A model generated the notes under the pieces. It had not been told where the DNA came from, made no database searches, and worked only from the letters and a program-made list of their open reading frames with translations. DNA of 64,000 nt, from the NCBI GenBank assembly GCA_951406725.2, contig OX597827.1:63240001-63304000 (forward strand), read 5' to 3'. A program made the translations under genes and the position numbers. Below, one piece after another: positions 1-11,679 of the stretch. Within the stretch, counting starts at the first letter, position 1, and each line of letters begins with the position of its first letter. The stretch comes from Octopus vulgaris. Its lineage: Eukaryota.

Positions 1-87
1 AGAGTGGTCTGTATGTGAATGTGTGTGTGTGTGAGCGAATGGGTGTATGCATATATGTAGGTTTATATATGTATATATATATATATA

Positions 88-141
<54 letters not shown>

Positions 142-247
142 ATATCATATATATATATATGAATATATATACATAGGGAGAGCGCGTAGAGGATGGGAGG
201 GAGGAGGAGAGAAAGAAAGAGAGAGAAAGCTCTCTCTCTCTCTCTCT

Positions 248-309
<62 letters not shown>

Positions 310-656
310 GTATGTATACCATACGTGATTGAATGTTTACTGTATTTATTGTGGGAAGATGGTGAACAATGTTTTATAAAATACTTACTTGCTGTGTGAT
401 AGTCATTATCTGTGGTTCAGTGAGCAGGTTCTTAAAGTGATTTTTGGATATGAATATTAAAGTGTTATAAAATAAAATCATACTGTCTGAATTTAGCTTA
501 TAAGCATATTATTTTTTTATGATGAATCAGCGGAGATTTTCATGTATTTACAACATAATGTTAAACTGAACGTGTGTTAATACATACTAACCTCCAGACG
601 TGTCTTAATGCTTATGCACACAAATAAAATTTCTAGTGTTTATATACACCCACACT

Positions 657-1531
657 TATCAAAAAGTTCTCGGATTTGATCTGTAGCGCGCCAACAGACG
701 GTTGCACACGGTTGCGTGTGAACTGAGACCTAGCTGTGGCCTGCAGGTGGTAGTATGCCGAATAACATCGCTGTGTTTTCTTCACAAATTGTGAAATTTG
801 TGGTTTTGTGATCACATGTATGCTGTAGCCTGCGATTTTGTTATGGATAGGAACAAAGAACCGACGTGAAATTTTGCGTTAAACGTGGGAAGTCTGTTAC
901 ACAGACGTTGAGCATTTATCAGCAAACTTACGGCGACGAGACAATGGGTCGTACGCAATGTTTTAAGTGGCACGGTCGCTTCAAAAGCGGAGGAACGTTT
1001 CTGGAAGACGATGAGTGATCTCGAAGACCTGTCACGAGCGTCACCCTCGGAAATGTGTTATTATGCATCAAGAATTCGGCCCCCAGTGCCAGACACTCAA
1101 TCGAGAGTTCTACTACGACGTTTTGAAGCATTTGAAGGAGAGCCGGCAAAAGTGTCTGGCTCTGTGGAGAGCGAAAAATTGGATCCTTCACCGAGCTTTG
1201 TGTGTTTCTCGCTGAAAACAACATGGCATCGCTTCCACACCTGCCATATTTGCCAGATCTAGCGCCTGCGGACTTCCATCTCTTCCCCAAGATGAAAATG
1301 CAGCTCAACGGTCGCCGTCCTAACACCGTTACCGAGATCAAGAATGAATCGCAGAAGCTCCTCGATTCGCTAACGGAAAACGATTTTCAGACTGGATTCC
1401 AAAAGTGGCAGGAACGCTGGTGCCGGTGTATTGGTGTGCAAGGTGACTATTTCGAAGGAGATGATGGTAAAACTTTGGTAAATAATTTTATTTACATAAT
1501 TAGTCCTGGAATATTTTGATACCACCTCGTA
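657..1531 (+). mobile_element. Decayed, internally deleted mariner transposon
   Basis: Relic HTH (VKFCVKRGKS..YGDETMGRTQCFKWHGRFKSG) and C-terminus (HLPYLPDLAPADFHLFPKMK..FQKWQERW..GDYFEG, a YSPDLAP-like motif); TIR remnants tatcaaaaagttctcgga (657) / tcctggaatattttgataccacctcgta (to 1531); stops and frameshifts. Confidence 0.93.
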
Positions 1532-1533
1532 CA

Positions 1534-1584
<51 letters not shown>

Positions 1585-1689
1585 TTATATACATGAATAT
1601 TAATACATACAGAAGTTGTAAGAAGCTCCTGGGAGAGTTGAACAGCAGATCTTCAGAGAACGAGTCCCACTTCATGCAAGTGTTTCGGC

Positions 1690-2315
1690 CCTTAAATTCT
1701 TACCTCTTAAAGGACCGGGATGCATCCGGGTCATGGCACCTGGCACCTTTCGCTGTCACATTGTGCGCCATTTTCTACGTCGCGGCTCTCTTGGATGGTT
1801 AAGGTACCTCAGATGGTTCAGACGCCAGTTGAATGGAAGATCGACCAGCCCCAGATGGAATTCTTCTCAACAGTTTCTGCCATTGTTTTAAGAAATTTCC
1901 TTTCTCCGAGAAACTGAGAACAATTTCATGGGGGATAAATGTAGGTTCACCCACAAATCTTTGCACCTACTTCTGTAGCGAAGAAGCGAGACTTTTGGTT
2001 TGGAAACCACACTCACACACACACACACACTCACATACACATTTTTTTATATAATCATTATTCTTAAACAAGAATGTTGCTGACGATGACATCGAAGTTT
2101 AGACCAGCTAAGCCATCGTCGGCGATCCGACGATTGCTTCGCTGCCCGAAACTTCGAAGTTGCTATCAATATTATTCTTGTTTAAGAATAATAAACTTGT
2201 ACACTACAAAAGTATAGAGTAATCAATCAGATTGTAAAATTGCTTTTATTATAACTGAACATAGAAAAACTTGACCCGGATGCATCTCGGTCCACTTAGA
2301 GGTAAGAATTTAAGG
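1690..2315. repeat. Segment bounded by 44-bp inverted repeats (MITE-like)
   Basis: 1690-1733 ccttaaattcttacctc..gatgcatccgggtca is the near-exact reverse complement of 2272-2315. Confidence 0.7.
2057..2192. repeat. Fold-back palindrome, ~135 bp
   Basis: attattcttaaacaagaat...atcgtcgg-cgat-ccgacgat...attcttgtttaagaataat. Confidence 0.85.
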
Positions 2316-2436
2316 ACGGAGAAGAACAGACAGTAGGAAGATTAAAGGTAGGAAGTCTGTGCAATTAGAATATAACAATACAGTACCTAGAAACAAAAGA
2401 AGAGTAGAAATTTGCATGAATTTGCGTGAAATATTT

Positions 2437-2666
2437 TTCTTTATTACCCACAAGGGGCTAAACATAGAGGGGACAAACAAGGACAGACAAACGGATTAAG
2501 TCGATTACATCGACCCCAGTGCGAAACTGGTACTTTATTTATCGACCCCGAAAGGATGAAAGGCAAAGTCTACCTCGGCGGAATTTGAACTCAGAACGTA
2601 ACGACAGACGAAATACCGCTAAGCATTTCGCCCGGCGCGCTAACGTTTCTGCCAGCTCACCGCCTT
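2437..2666 (-). mobile_element. tRNA-derived SINE family B (Meta-domain-like core)
   Basis: Reverse complement of ggcggcgagctggcagaaacgttagc..gtcgactttgcctttcatcctttcggggtcgataaa..ccccttgtgggtaataaag; multicopy in window. Confidence 0.92.
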
Positions 2667-2963
2667 TTCAAGTGTGTAAAATAAAGTACAAAGTGGCTTA
2701 GATATGAATGGACCTATTAAGAGGTTCCATTCAGATAGGGAAGGTAAGCAATACGCTACGAATAATATTTTTGACACAGGACACCTGTAAGACGACAGCC
2801 AGACGCTGAACAAAAATAAATTAAGTGCGACCAGACTCAATAAAAGAGCCCGAGTTATTGGCTACAATTACATACTTGAAGTCAGAGTTGGCAGAAATTA
2901 AATCAGATTGCAAAGACACGCTCAGGCTAAGCCCGAACAACCTGAGTGCCGGAGTCGCCACAG

Positions 2964-3036
<73 letters not shown>

Positions 3037-3040
<4 letters not shown>

Positions 3041-3644
3041 GTCATCCCATAAACAATGCAGTTTTTTCAATTGCATGAACTAGAAATCGGAATGGGGCGA
3101 GATAAACTACCTGCATCAACTTGCTATAAAATCAGATAATAATTTTACCTCGGGCTTATTCATAGTGCCAGTTTTGAAGAGTGCAGTTCGATTTTAACTG
3201 TTACTTTTTCAAAGTTATAATGAAAGTAAGAAAAGGGAATATTCGGCATATTTTACTTTATGAGTTCAATAAAGGCAACGACACAACGGAAAGTGCAAGG
3301 AATATTAATGCGATATATGGGGATCGGACAATAAGCGTAAGCCAGTATCAACAGTGGTTCCAGAAATTCCTACCCAATCTGATTATCCTTTATTCCGCAG
3401 TCTTCAAAATCATTTGGACGGGAAAAATATGAATTCTGAAGACGAAGTACTGGAGGAGTACTTTCTGTCACGGACAAGTGAATTTTGGTAGAGAGGCGTT
3501 GCAGGTCTACCGGACAGATGGAAGAGCATTGTAGAAAATGAAGGAGAGTATATATTAGATTTAAAAAAGAAAAAAAACTGTTTATATAAATGTTGAAAAA
3601 ATAAAATAAATATATAAAAACACATTATTTATGGAATGACACAA
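3037..3644 (+). mobile_element. Internally deleted mariner (Hsmar/SETMAR-like)
   Basis: TIRs ttgggtcatcccataaa / tttatggaatgacacaa flanked by TA; relic IRHILLYEFNKG..ARNINAIYGD and LPDRWKSIVENEGEY. Confidence 0.92.
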
Positions 3645-3684
3645 TATATGTATATAATTTATATATGTGTGTGTGTGTGACTGT

Positions 3685-3828
3685 AAGTTTCTGCCTACCA
3701 AATCCATTTACATGGTTTGGTCGGCCCGTCCCGTACTAAATCAGATTTGCCCAAGGTGCCAAGCAGTAGGACTGAACTCGGACCCATGTGGTCAGGAAGC
3801 AAATTTCTTACCACACAACCACGTCTGT
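3685..3828 (-). mobile_element. SINE family A, diverged 5' fragment
   Basis: Similarity to the head of the family A copy at 6111. Confidence 0.75.
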
Positions 3829-3830
3829 AC

Positions 3831-3875
<45 letters not shown>

Positions 3876-4360
3876 AATCAATCTATCTTTCTTTCTATCT
3901 ATCTATCTATTTATCTATCTATCTATCTGTGTGTGTATCCAAACATGTATGCATGTACGTACATATGTATATACGTATGTATGTATGTATGTAATAATTT
4001 ATATATGTATGTATGTATGTATGTATGTGTGTATGTATGTATTATGTATAGATGTATGTATATGTGCGTGTACGTATCCATTATGAATATATGGTTGGAT
4101 ACAGTCACACACAGTCACATATGAATTCAAACACACGGATATAAACGGGACAGCACAAATGTTCATAGGAAGAACACAATCATACATACATACATACATA
4201 CATACATACATACATACATACATACATACATACATACATACATACATACATACATGCATACATAGACAGAGTCAGACATATAATCCCACAATACACTCAT
4301 ACACACATACACTCATATGCCCATACACCAATGCATACATTACATACAGATTACATACAG

Positions 4361-4534
4361 GAGATCCAGGGCACCAAGGCGGTCACCTCCACGTTTCACT
4401 GGAGGCGATGTCTGCGTCATAATCATCACCGCTCATCGCAGGCGAATTTCAAACGCCACCTACACCACGCTCACCGCCACGCTTCGCTGCAAGATCTTGC
4501 AGCCAGCCACGCGGTCAACGTCGTCTCTCGCTGA
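4361..4534 (+). CDS. Candidate host coding exon (unknown gene)
   Basis: Unique GC-rich island among microsatellites after atacag|; frame EIQGTKAVTSTFHWRRCLRHNHHRSSQANFKRHLHHAHRHASLQDLAASHAVNVVSR*; weak polypyrimidine tract, frame uncertain. Confidence 0.35.
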   Translation, partial: EIQGTKAVTSTFHWRRCLRHNHHRSSQANFKRHLHHAHRHASLQDLAASHAVNVVSR

Positions 4535-4880
4535 GAGCGCCAACCACCAGCACAAGCAACAAAGCCAACAATAATAACTGTTTTAAGCAGACTAGTGTCA
4601 CCAGTACATTACTTGCGAAAATGTTATGTAGCTCACGTAGATATTCCATTAAACAAACTTCAGCTTTCGTTATAGACTGCAGAGTAGATTAATCAAACTA
4701 GAACTAGCCAGAACTTCCAATGTACACAATCGTGTGTATGTGTGTGTGAGTGGGCATATATGCGTGTGTGCGTGCGCATGTATGTGCGTATATGTACGTG
4801 ATTTTGTATGTATATATATATATATATATATATACATACATGAATATATGTATATATATATGTGTGTGTGTGTATGTATG

Positions 4881-4930
<50 letters not shown>

Positions 4931-5185
4931 GTATGTATCTATACGTATATATATATATATATATATATATATGGACATATGTGTGTGTACATATGTATGT
5001 ATGTAATAGTGAAAGCAAAACTGATGAACAGTTGACAGGGGAGATACATTTACGCGGACGGGCGCACACAAGCACGCACACACTCACTCACTCACGCACA
5101 CGCACACACACATACATACATGGAAAGACAGGCCGAGTGAGAGATAGAAGAGAAGGAGTGAGGAAAGGAAGAGTGAAGGATATAT

Positions 5186-5229
<44 letters not shown>

Positions 5230-5483
5230 CATACATACATACATACATACAAACATACAGACATACATATATGCATGCATACATTCATACGAATATACAT
5301 GCAAGCATGGTTACATACCTATATACATACATTCATGCACACTTACATACACACACACACATACGTACGCGCATACATACATACATACATACATACATAC
5401 ATACATACATACATACATACATACATACACACATACATACATACATACATGTTTATCATTTTCATACTATTTTTACTTTGCAG

Positions 5484-5558
5484 CAAGAGTTCCCTGAGCT
5501 TCCGAACGATTTCGACCCCTTCCAACAGCCATCAGTGGTTTTGAGCAGCATTGATTAG
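5484..5558 (+). CDS. Candidate terminal coding exon (unknown gene)
   Basis: Strong acceptor tttttactttgcag| followed by [24 protein letters not shown] (phase 0 assumed). Confidence 0.45.
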   Translation, partial: QEFPELPNDFDPFQQPSVVLSSID

Positions 5559-5978
5559 CATTGATCCAGCCAGAAAATACTCAAGTTCTTTCATGGCTCA
5601 CAATCTCCCATACACCTTCATATGTTCTCTTCTCTATGAGTCACTTCATAACATTACTTTATACAACTACCCACTCACTGCCTTGTGTTAAAATGTCCTG
5701 GAGAATTATTTTTGCCGGATTATATCAAGTGGAAAATATTGGAGAGATGCAAGCCTCATTCTAACAATAACAGAAAATGAAGGATATACCAAGCGAAGAA
5801 ATTCGAAGGAATGCGTAGGTACAATGCTAGAACGCTTCTCATGTCTGGAGGAGTTGTAGGTTCGAATCCCATGAACAGACTTCGACTATCCCTAACCAAA
5901 ACAGATTTTTAACCCAATAGCTACATGCAGTTATCTATAGCTTTATATGTACTTCGAAATCCAATTCCATAGCAAAGA

Positions 5979-6097
5979 AATTACGCCCATATCACGTTGA
6001 AAGCACCGGTTCTCGTCCGATCACCGAAGTTAAGCAACATCGAGCCTAGTTAGTACTTAGAAGGGTGACCGCTTGGGAAACCTAGGTGGTGTAAGCA
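5979..6097 (+). pseudogene. 5S rRNA pseudogene / dispersed copy
   Basis: ttacgcccatatcacgttgaaagcaccggttctcgtccgatcaccgaagttaagcaacatcgagcctagttagtacttagaagggtgaccgcttgggaaacctaggtggtgtaagca; box A present, box C mutated, no oligo-T terminator. Confidence 0.93.
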
Positions 6098-6110
6098 TTC
6101 CATTTCTTCA

Positions 6111-6540
6111 GGCGCAGGAGTGGCTGTGTGGTAAGTAGCTTGCTTACCCACCACATGGTTCCGAGTTCAGTTCCACTGCGTGGCACCTTGGACAAGTGTC
6201 TTCTACTATAGCCTCGGGGTGACCAAAGCCTTGTGAGTGGATTTGGTAGACGGAAACTAAAAGAAGCCCGTCGTATATATGTATATATATATATATATAG
6301 ATATATATGTATGTATGTGTGTGTGTATATGTTTGTGTGCCTGTGTTTGTCCCCCAAACATCGCTTGACAACCGATGCTGGTATGTTTACGTCCCTGTAA
6401 CTTAGCGGTTCGGCAAAAGAGACAGATAGAATAAGTACTAGGCTTCCAAAGAGTAAGTCTTGGGATCGATTTGCTCGACTAAAGGCGCTGCTCTAGCATG
6501 GCCGCAGTCAAACGACTGAAACAAGTAAAAGAGTAAAAGA
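6111..6540 (+). mobile_element. tRNA-derived SINE family A, full length, internal (TA)n/(TG)n
   Basis: ggcgcaggagtggctgtgtggtaagtagc..gcatggccgcagtcaaa..gtaaaaga tail; about 16 copies in window. Confidence 0.95.
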
Positions 6541-6604
6541 GAGAGTAAAGAGTATATATCGAGTATGTATTAATAATGTGTGTGCGCATATGTACGTGCG
6601 TGTG

Positions 6605-6672
<68 letters not shown>

Positions 6673-6781
6673 TATGATTAGAACGCGTAATCAACATTGC
6701 ACTGGTGCTTTGATAATTTCTTTTAATAGTAAAGTGCCAAAACAGCACTCCACTATTAATTCATAACATAATATAATATGC

Positions 6782-6827
<46 letters not shown>

Positions 6828-7100
6828 CATACATATACACTATTTCGTTTTATTAATCAAATAGTTATAACGCTTTAAGTCCTGAAGTACCGAGGCGCCA
6901 ATCACGGCATAGAGTTTAATGTTTTAAATTAATGAAATTTCTTACATTGCATATTAATGAAAGGGTTGGTCCTGCTCTGTCTGAGAAAAGCTGAAAAGTG
7001 TTAGAGATGACTAAGTACGTGACAACTCATTGTGCGTTTGTAATATTATTATCTGTAAGTCTAGCAGGCAATTGTTTCTTAGTTAAATGTCATATCAAAC

Positions 7101-7190
7101 TGTGGAGGCACATGGCCTAGTGGTTAGAGCAGCAGAATCGCGGTCGAAGGATCGCGGGTTCGACCTGGCGATGTGTGTGTTTATGAGCGA
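7101..7190 (+). mobile_element. SINE family C (tRNA-Arg-like head), fragment
   Basis: tgtggaggcacatggcctagtggttagagc..gggttcga. Confidence 0.85.
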
Positions 7191-7245
7191 TTAAGATTAC
7201 TATGATTCCTCCGTAATGTTGTTATTATTATTATTATTGTCATTA

Positions 7246-7316
7246 TTCAGGTTACTGCCTCGAATCGAACTCGGAATCCCGCGTTCTTAACCACTACGCC
7301 ATATACCCGTGGGCAT
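7246..7316 (-). mobile_element. tRNA-like head of family E element
   Basis: Matches the heads at 14823, 30102 and 62301; followed by (AAT)n on the minus strand. Confidence 0.75.
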
Positions 7317-7350
7317 CTATTTGTTATCTATCTCTCTATTATATATCTAT

Positions 7351-7579
7351 TTCTTTATTACCCACAAGGTGCTAAACACAGAGGGGACAAACAAGGACAG
7401 ACATAGGTATTAAGTCGATTACATCGACCCCAGTGCGTAACTGGTACTTAATTTATCGACCCCGAAAGGATGAAAGGCAAAGTCGACCTCGGCGGAATTT
7501 GAACTAAACAACGTAACGGCAGACGAAATACCGCTAAGCATTTCGCCCGGCGCGCTAACGTTTCTGCTAGCTCGCCGCC
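7351..7579 (-). mobile_element. SINE family B, full length with 18-bp TSD
   Basis: TSD tctctattatatatctat at 7333-7350 and 7580-7597. Confidence 0.95.
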
Positions 7580-7611
7580 TCTCTATTATATATCTATCTA
7601 CCTATCAATCC

Positions 7612-7765
7612 GTGGAGGCACATGGCCTAGTGGTTAGAGCAGCGGACTCGCGGTCGGGGGATTGCGGGTTCGAATCTCAGACCGTCCCGTCCAGGTGGGG
7701 AACCTAGGCCAAGAAAACCAGGAAATCGGCCCTTATGAGCCAGGCGTGGCTCGAGAAGGAACAAA
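7612..7765 (+). mobile_element. SINE family C, internally deleted
   Basis: tRNA-like head joined to the 3' tail ggcccttatgagccaggcgtggctcgagaaggaac. Confidence 0.88.
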
Positions 7766-7882
7766 CAAAAACATATCAAATTGAACAAAAGTTGGTTAGT
7801 GCTGGGAAACAGTTGTGTTATTCTGAGTGTGCGAATCCCCGAAAATGGCCAAGTTTTTTTTTTTTAATGTAGAAAGGAAAGT

Positions 7883-8075
7883 AGGCGAGAAGGCAAGATC
7901 GTTAGCACACTGCAGAAAATACTTAACGGCATTTCTTTAGATTCTTTATGTTGTGAATTCAAATGATGCCGTGGTGGACTTTGCCTTTCATCCTTCAGGG
8001 GCCGAGAAAACAAGCACCAGCTGAACACTCGGTTCGAAGTTATCGACTAGCAACTCCCGGCAAAATATCGGGCCT
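7883..8075 (+). mobile_element. SINE family B, old diverged copy
   Basis: ggactttgcctttcatccttcagggg core. Confidence 0.7.
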
Positions 8076-8133
8076 GGTATGCATTACAGAAAGTTAAGAA
8101 AATGTACATTTATTCAAAAGATACTGTAACTGT

Positions 8134-8457
8134 GAAGGCGTGTGGCTTAGTGGTTAGGGGCATTCGGCTCATGATCGTAAGGCCGTGAGTTCAATTCCCG
8201 GTGGCGCGTTGTGTCCTTGAGAAATACACTTTATTTCACGTTGCTCCAGTCCACTCAGCTGGTAAAAATGAGTAGTACCTACATTTCAAAGGGCCAGCCT
8301 TGTTACACTCTGTGTCACGCTGAATCTTCCAGAGAACTACGTTAAGGGTACACGTGTTTGTGGAGTGCTCAACCACTTGCACGTTAATTTCACGAGCAAG
8401 CTGTTCCATTGATCGTATCAGCTGGGACCCTCGTTGTCGCAACCGACGGAGTGCTCC
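8134..8457 (+). mobile_element. tRNA-derived SINE family D
   Basis: A/B boxes tggcttagtgg / gagttcaattcc, then ttgtgtccttgag..tttcacgttgctccagtccactcagctgg, shared with 54257. Confidence 0.88.
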
Positions 8458-8469
8458 TTCCCTTCTGTA

Positions 8470-8800
8470 ATATATTGTTATATTTCGGGATGGTCATTTT
8501 ATTTATTTACTTATGTTTTCATTTTGACTCTCATCATAGAAAGGCAAAGTGGCATAACAGAACAGGAAACAACCACGTGGATGGAAGTGTCACTGAGGAG
8601 GTTACAGATGTGTGACGAAAGATTTCCAGACAATGGACATAAAATAAGAAGAATAATAAACGAGTGAAGAACGAATATATAGTGCGTGTGATTTATTTAG
8701 CAAGAATAAAAAAAAAACATGACCATGCCGAAATATAATAAAATCTGTTTCAAAACACGATTTCTCATCAGGAATTTTGCAAAACAAATTCATAACCATA
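8470..8800 (+). mobile_element. ~330-bp HHR-bearing unit with internal 20-bp inverted repeats, copy 1 (PLE pseudo-LTR-like)
   Basis: Direct repeat of 9206-9530; IR 8478-8497 / 8719-8738; HHR motif 8588-8632. Confidence 0.7.
8588..8632 (+). ncRNA. Hammerhead ribozyme-like motif (type I, minimal)
   Basis: tgtca-CTGAGGA-g-GTTACA gatg TGTGAC-GAAA-gattTC-cagaca; stems I and III imperfect. Confidence 0.55.
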
Positions 8801-9204
8801 GGTGTAGGAGTGGCTGTGTGATAAGTAGCTGGTTTACGGACCACATGTTTCTGGGTTCAGTTCCACTGCGTGGTACCTTGGGCAAGTGTCTTCTACTATA
8901 GCCTCGGGCAGACCAAAGCCTTATGAGTGGATTTGGTAGACGGAAACTGAAAGAAACTCGTCGTATATATGTATGTATATATGTACGTGTGTGTATACGC
9001 TTGTGTGTCTGTGTTTGTACCCCCAATATCGCTTGACAACCGATGCTGGTGTGTTTACGTCCCCGTAACTTAGTGATTCGGCAAAAGAGACCGATAGAAT
9101 AAGTACTAGGCTTACAAAGAATAAGTCCTGGGGTCGATTTGCTCGACCAAAGGCGGTACTCTAGCATAGCCGCAGTCAAATGACTGAAACAAGTAAAAGA
9201 GTAA
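8801..9204 (+). mobile_element. SINE family A, full length
   Basis: High similarity to the 6111 copy. Confidence 0.95.
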
Positions 9205-9205
9205 C

Positions 9206-9530
9206 GTATTTTTATATTTCGGGAAGGTCATTTTATTTATTTATTTATGTTTTATTTTGACTCTCATCATAAAAAGGCGAAGTGGCCTAAACAGAACAGG
9301 AGAAAACACGTGGATGGAAGTGTCGCTGAAGAGGTTACAGATGTGTGACGAAAGATTTCCAGACAATGGACACAAAATAAGAAGAAGAATAAATGTGTGA
9401 AGAACGAATATACAGTGCGTGTGTTTATTTAGCAAGAATAAAAAAAACATGACCTTCCCGAAATATAATAAAATCTGTTTCAAAACACGATTTCACATCA
9501 GGAATCTTGCAAAACAAATTCATAATCATA
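9206..9530 (+). mobile_element. ~330-bp HHR-bearing unit, copy 2
   Basis: IR 9212-9231 / 9449-9468 is perfect; HHR motif 9321-9365. Confidence 0.7.
9321..9365 (+). ncRNA. Hammerhead ribozyme-like motif
   Basis: tgtcg-CTGAAGA-g-GTTACA gatg TGTGAC-GAAA-gattTC-cagaca. Confidence 0.6.
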
Positions 9531-9679
9531 TTATAACATAACAATTAATTCTCAGTTTTGTTCTTCCAGTGTTGGAAAATTTTCCACAACGCGTTTCTAC
9601 TGAATAGTTACCAGCAAATTTATTGAAAGTTTCTCAAGTTAATTTGGTCTCTCGTGAAATTTCCAACTCAGTCGATTTA

Positions 9680-10040
9680 CGTCGCTATTAATATAAAAAA
9701 AACAACAACAAAAGAAAAATGCCCACCGTTTTCTAATTTCATAAAGTGGACACCTTTAACAAGCCTGCTGTATTTCATTTCGTTCCTCAACTCATAGAAA
9801 TGATCGAGTGTGCGCCCTTTGTTTAGCCAGGAAACCTCGCAATGGTACAATAAATTGCCATATTCCACTTCGAGGTGTTTCAAAATTTCTTTAAATTCTC
9901 TATTGCATAATCCCTTAGTTTCTTTCCATGAAGTTTAATGCATTTTCTTAGCGACTTTATTACATTGTTCATTGTTTGAGAATGGGCGCATAAATTTTGT
10001 TGGCGAATAAGTCAATGATGCTTTGCTAAAGAAAACTTCA
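9680..10040 (-). mobile_element. hAT (Buster/SPIN/GTF2IRD2-like) transposase relic
   Basis: LEVEYGNLLYHCEVSWLNKGRTLDHFYELRNE matches the LLYHxEVRWLSRG motif; upstream IHQ-like relic; boundaries approximate. Confidence 0.85.
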
Positions 10041-10314
10041 CCCCTGGTAGTCCCAAGTATCGATTTTTAAAGCAAATAAATTTTCTCGTTTTGTAAAACG
10101 TGTCGTAATCCCACGTAAAGATAAAACCAACTGTGTGGTGCTTACCGTGTTTATTGTTACATTTGCTGCTATTAAATAAATTACAAATTCTATTGCAGTT
10201 TGTTTCGAGGGGTACGTAAATATCGCCATCCACGTCATGTATACAGTCAGAAATTGCCCCGTTCAACGTCATGTGATAAACTAATATTCTCTTAAACAAC
10301 CAATGAAAGCATGC

Positions 10315-10500
10315 GGCGTGCTGGCGGAATCGTTAATGCGTCGAAACGAAAACAAAAGCAAAAACAAAAAATAAACATGGCAGTATTCTTCCGATTTATT
10401 ACCTGCTCAGTTCAAATTCCGCCGAACTAAGCTTTGCATTTTACCACTTCAGAATAGGTAAAATATGTACCAGTCATTTACTGGGGTCGATGTAATCGAT
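10315..10500 (+). mobile_element. SINE family B, diverged
   Basis: cggcgtgctggcggaatcgtta..agttcaaattccgccga..ctggggtcgatgtaatcg. Confidence 0.7.
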
Positions 10501-10556
10501 TTGGCATTGATTTGTCTCTTTCCATCCTCAATAATTTCTGGTCTTGCGCCATATAT

Positions 10557-10960
10557 TTTTCTGCATTGCCCACAAGGGGCTAAACATTGATGGGACAAAC
10601 AAGGACAGACAAAGGGATTGAGTCGATTACATCGACCCCAGTGCGAAACTGCTACTTAATCTATCGACCCCGAAAGGATGAAAGGCAAAGTCGACCTCGG
10701 CGGAATTTGAACTCAGAACGTAACGACAGACGAAATACCTATTTCTTTATTACCCACAAGGGGCTAAACACAGAGGGGACAAACAAGGACAGACAATGGG
10801 TTTAAGTCGATTACATCGACCCCAGTGCAAAACTGCTACTTAATTTATCGACCCCGAAAGGATGAAAGGCAAAGTCGACCTCTGCGGAATTTGAACTCAG
10901 AACGTAACGACAGACGAAATACCGCTAAGCATTTCGCCCGGCGCGCTAACGTGTCTGCCA
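10557..10960 (-). mobile_element. SINE family B, tandem dimer
   Basis: Two consecutive body-plus-tail units (10557-10739, 10740-10960). Confidence 0.92.
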
Positions 10961-10974
10961 AACAAAAGACACAG

Positions 10975-11238
10975 TTGTAGTTGTATGGTGAGAAGCTTGG
11001 TTACCAACCACAATGTTGCGGGTTCGGTGCCATTACGTGGGACCTTGGACAGGTGTTTTTTACTATAGCACCGGTTTGACCAAAAGCTTTCTGAGTAGAT
11101 CTGGTTGACGGAAACTGGAAGAAGCCCATCCTATCTGTATGTGTATGCGGAGGGAGGTGGGGGTCAATTCATTCAACAAAAAATTCTTCAAGACAGTGCC
11201 CCAGTATGACCGCAGTCTGATGACTGAAACAAATAAAA
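10975..11238 (+). mobile_element. SINE family A, diverged and deleted
   Basis: Head and tail similarity to family A. Confidence 0.75.
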
Positions 11239-11316
11239 AAAATAAAAATACACTAAATACACACACATACATATATATATAATAAATGAGGAAACCGGTT
11301 GAATTTATAATGAATG

Positions 11317-11365
<49 letters not shown>

Positions 11366-11387
11366 GTAAAGTATAGAAGCCATCTTA

Positions 11388-11488
11388 ACATGGCTAACCA
11401 CATAGGGGAGGGGGTGTTACTGTAGCTTTATAGCCCCAAGAGATCGTCGTCTCCAGCTGGCTTTAGACACCATTTCAGTGCCCTTGAA
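11388..11488 (-). mobile_element. Tail fragment of the HHR element family seen at 23627
   Basis: atggctaacc..actgtag..cccc..ctccagctg..tagacac aligns with 23627-23715. Confidence 0.7.
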
Positions 11489-11531
<43 letters not shown>

Positions 11532-11679
11532 AGAGAGAGAGAGAGAGAGAGAGAAGAAATATGTGTATGTTTGTCTATATGTATATATACATATATTTGT
11601 TTATCAATATATCTATTTATCAATCTATCTATTTAAGTGGCAAAAAATACTTCACTATATATATATATATATATATTTC

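Noticed and set aside
2673-2961. TG...CA block with AATAAA resembling a solo LTR
   Set aside because: No TSD, PBS/PPT or second copy in the window
7101-7165. tRNA genes at SINE heads (also 7612, 8134, 14823, 54257)
   Set aside because: Acceptor stems are incomplete and the heads run into SINE bodies; not functional tRNAs
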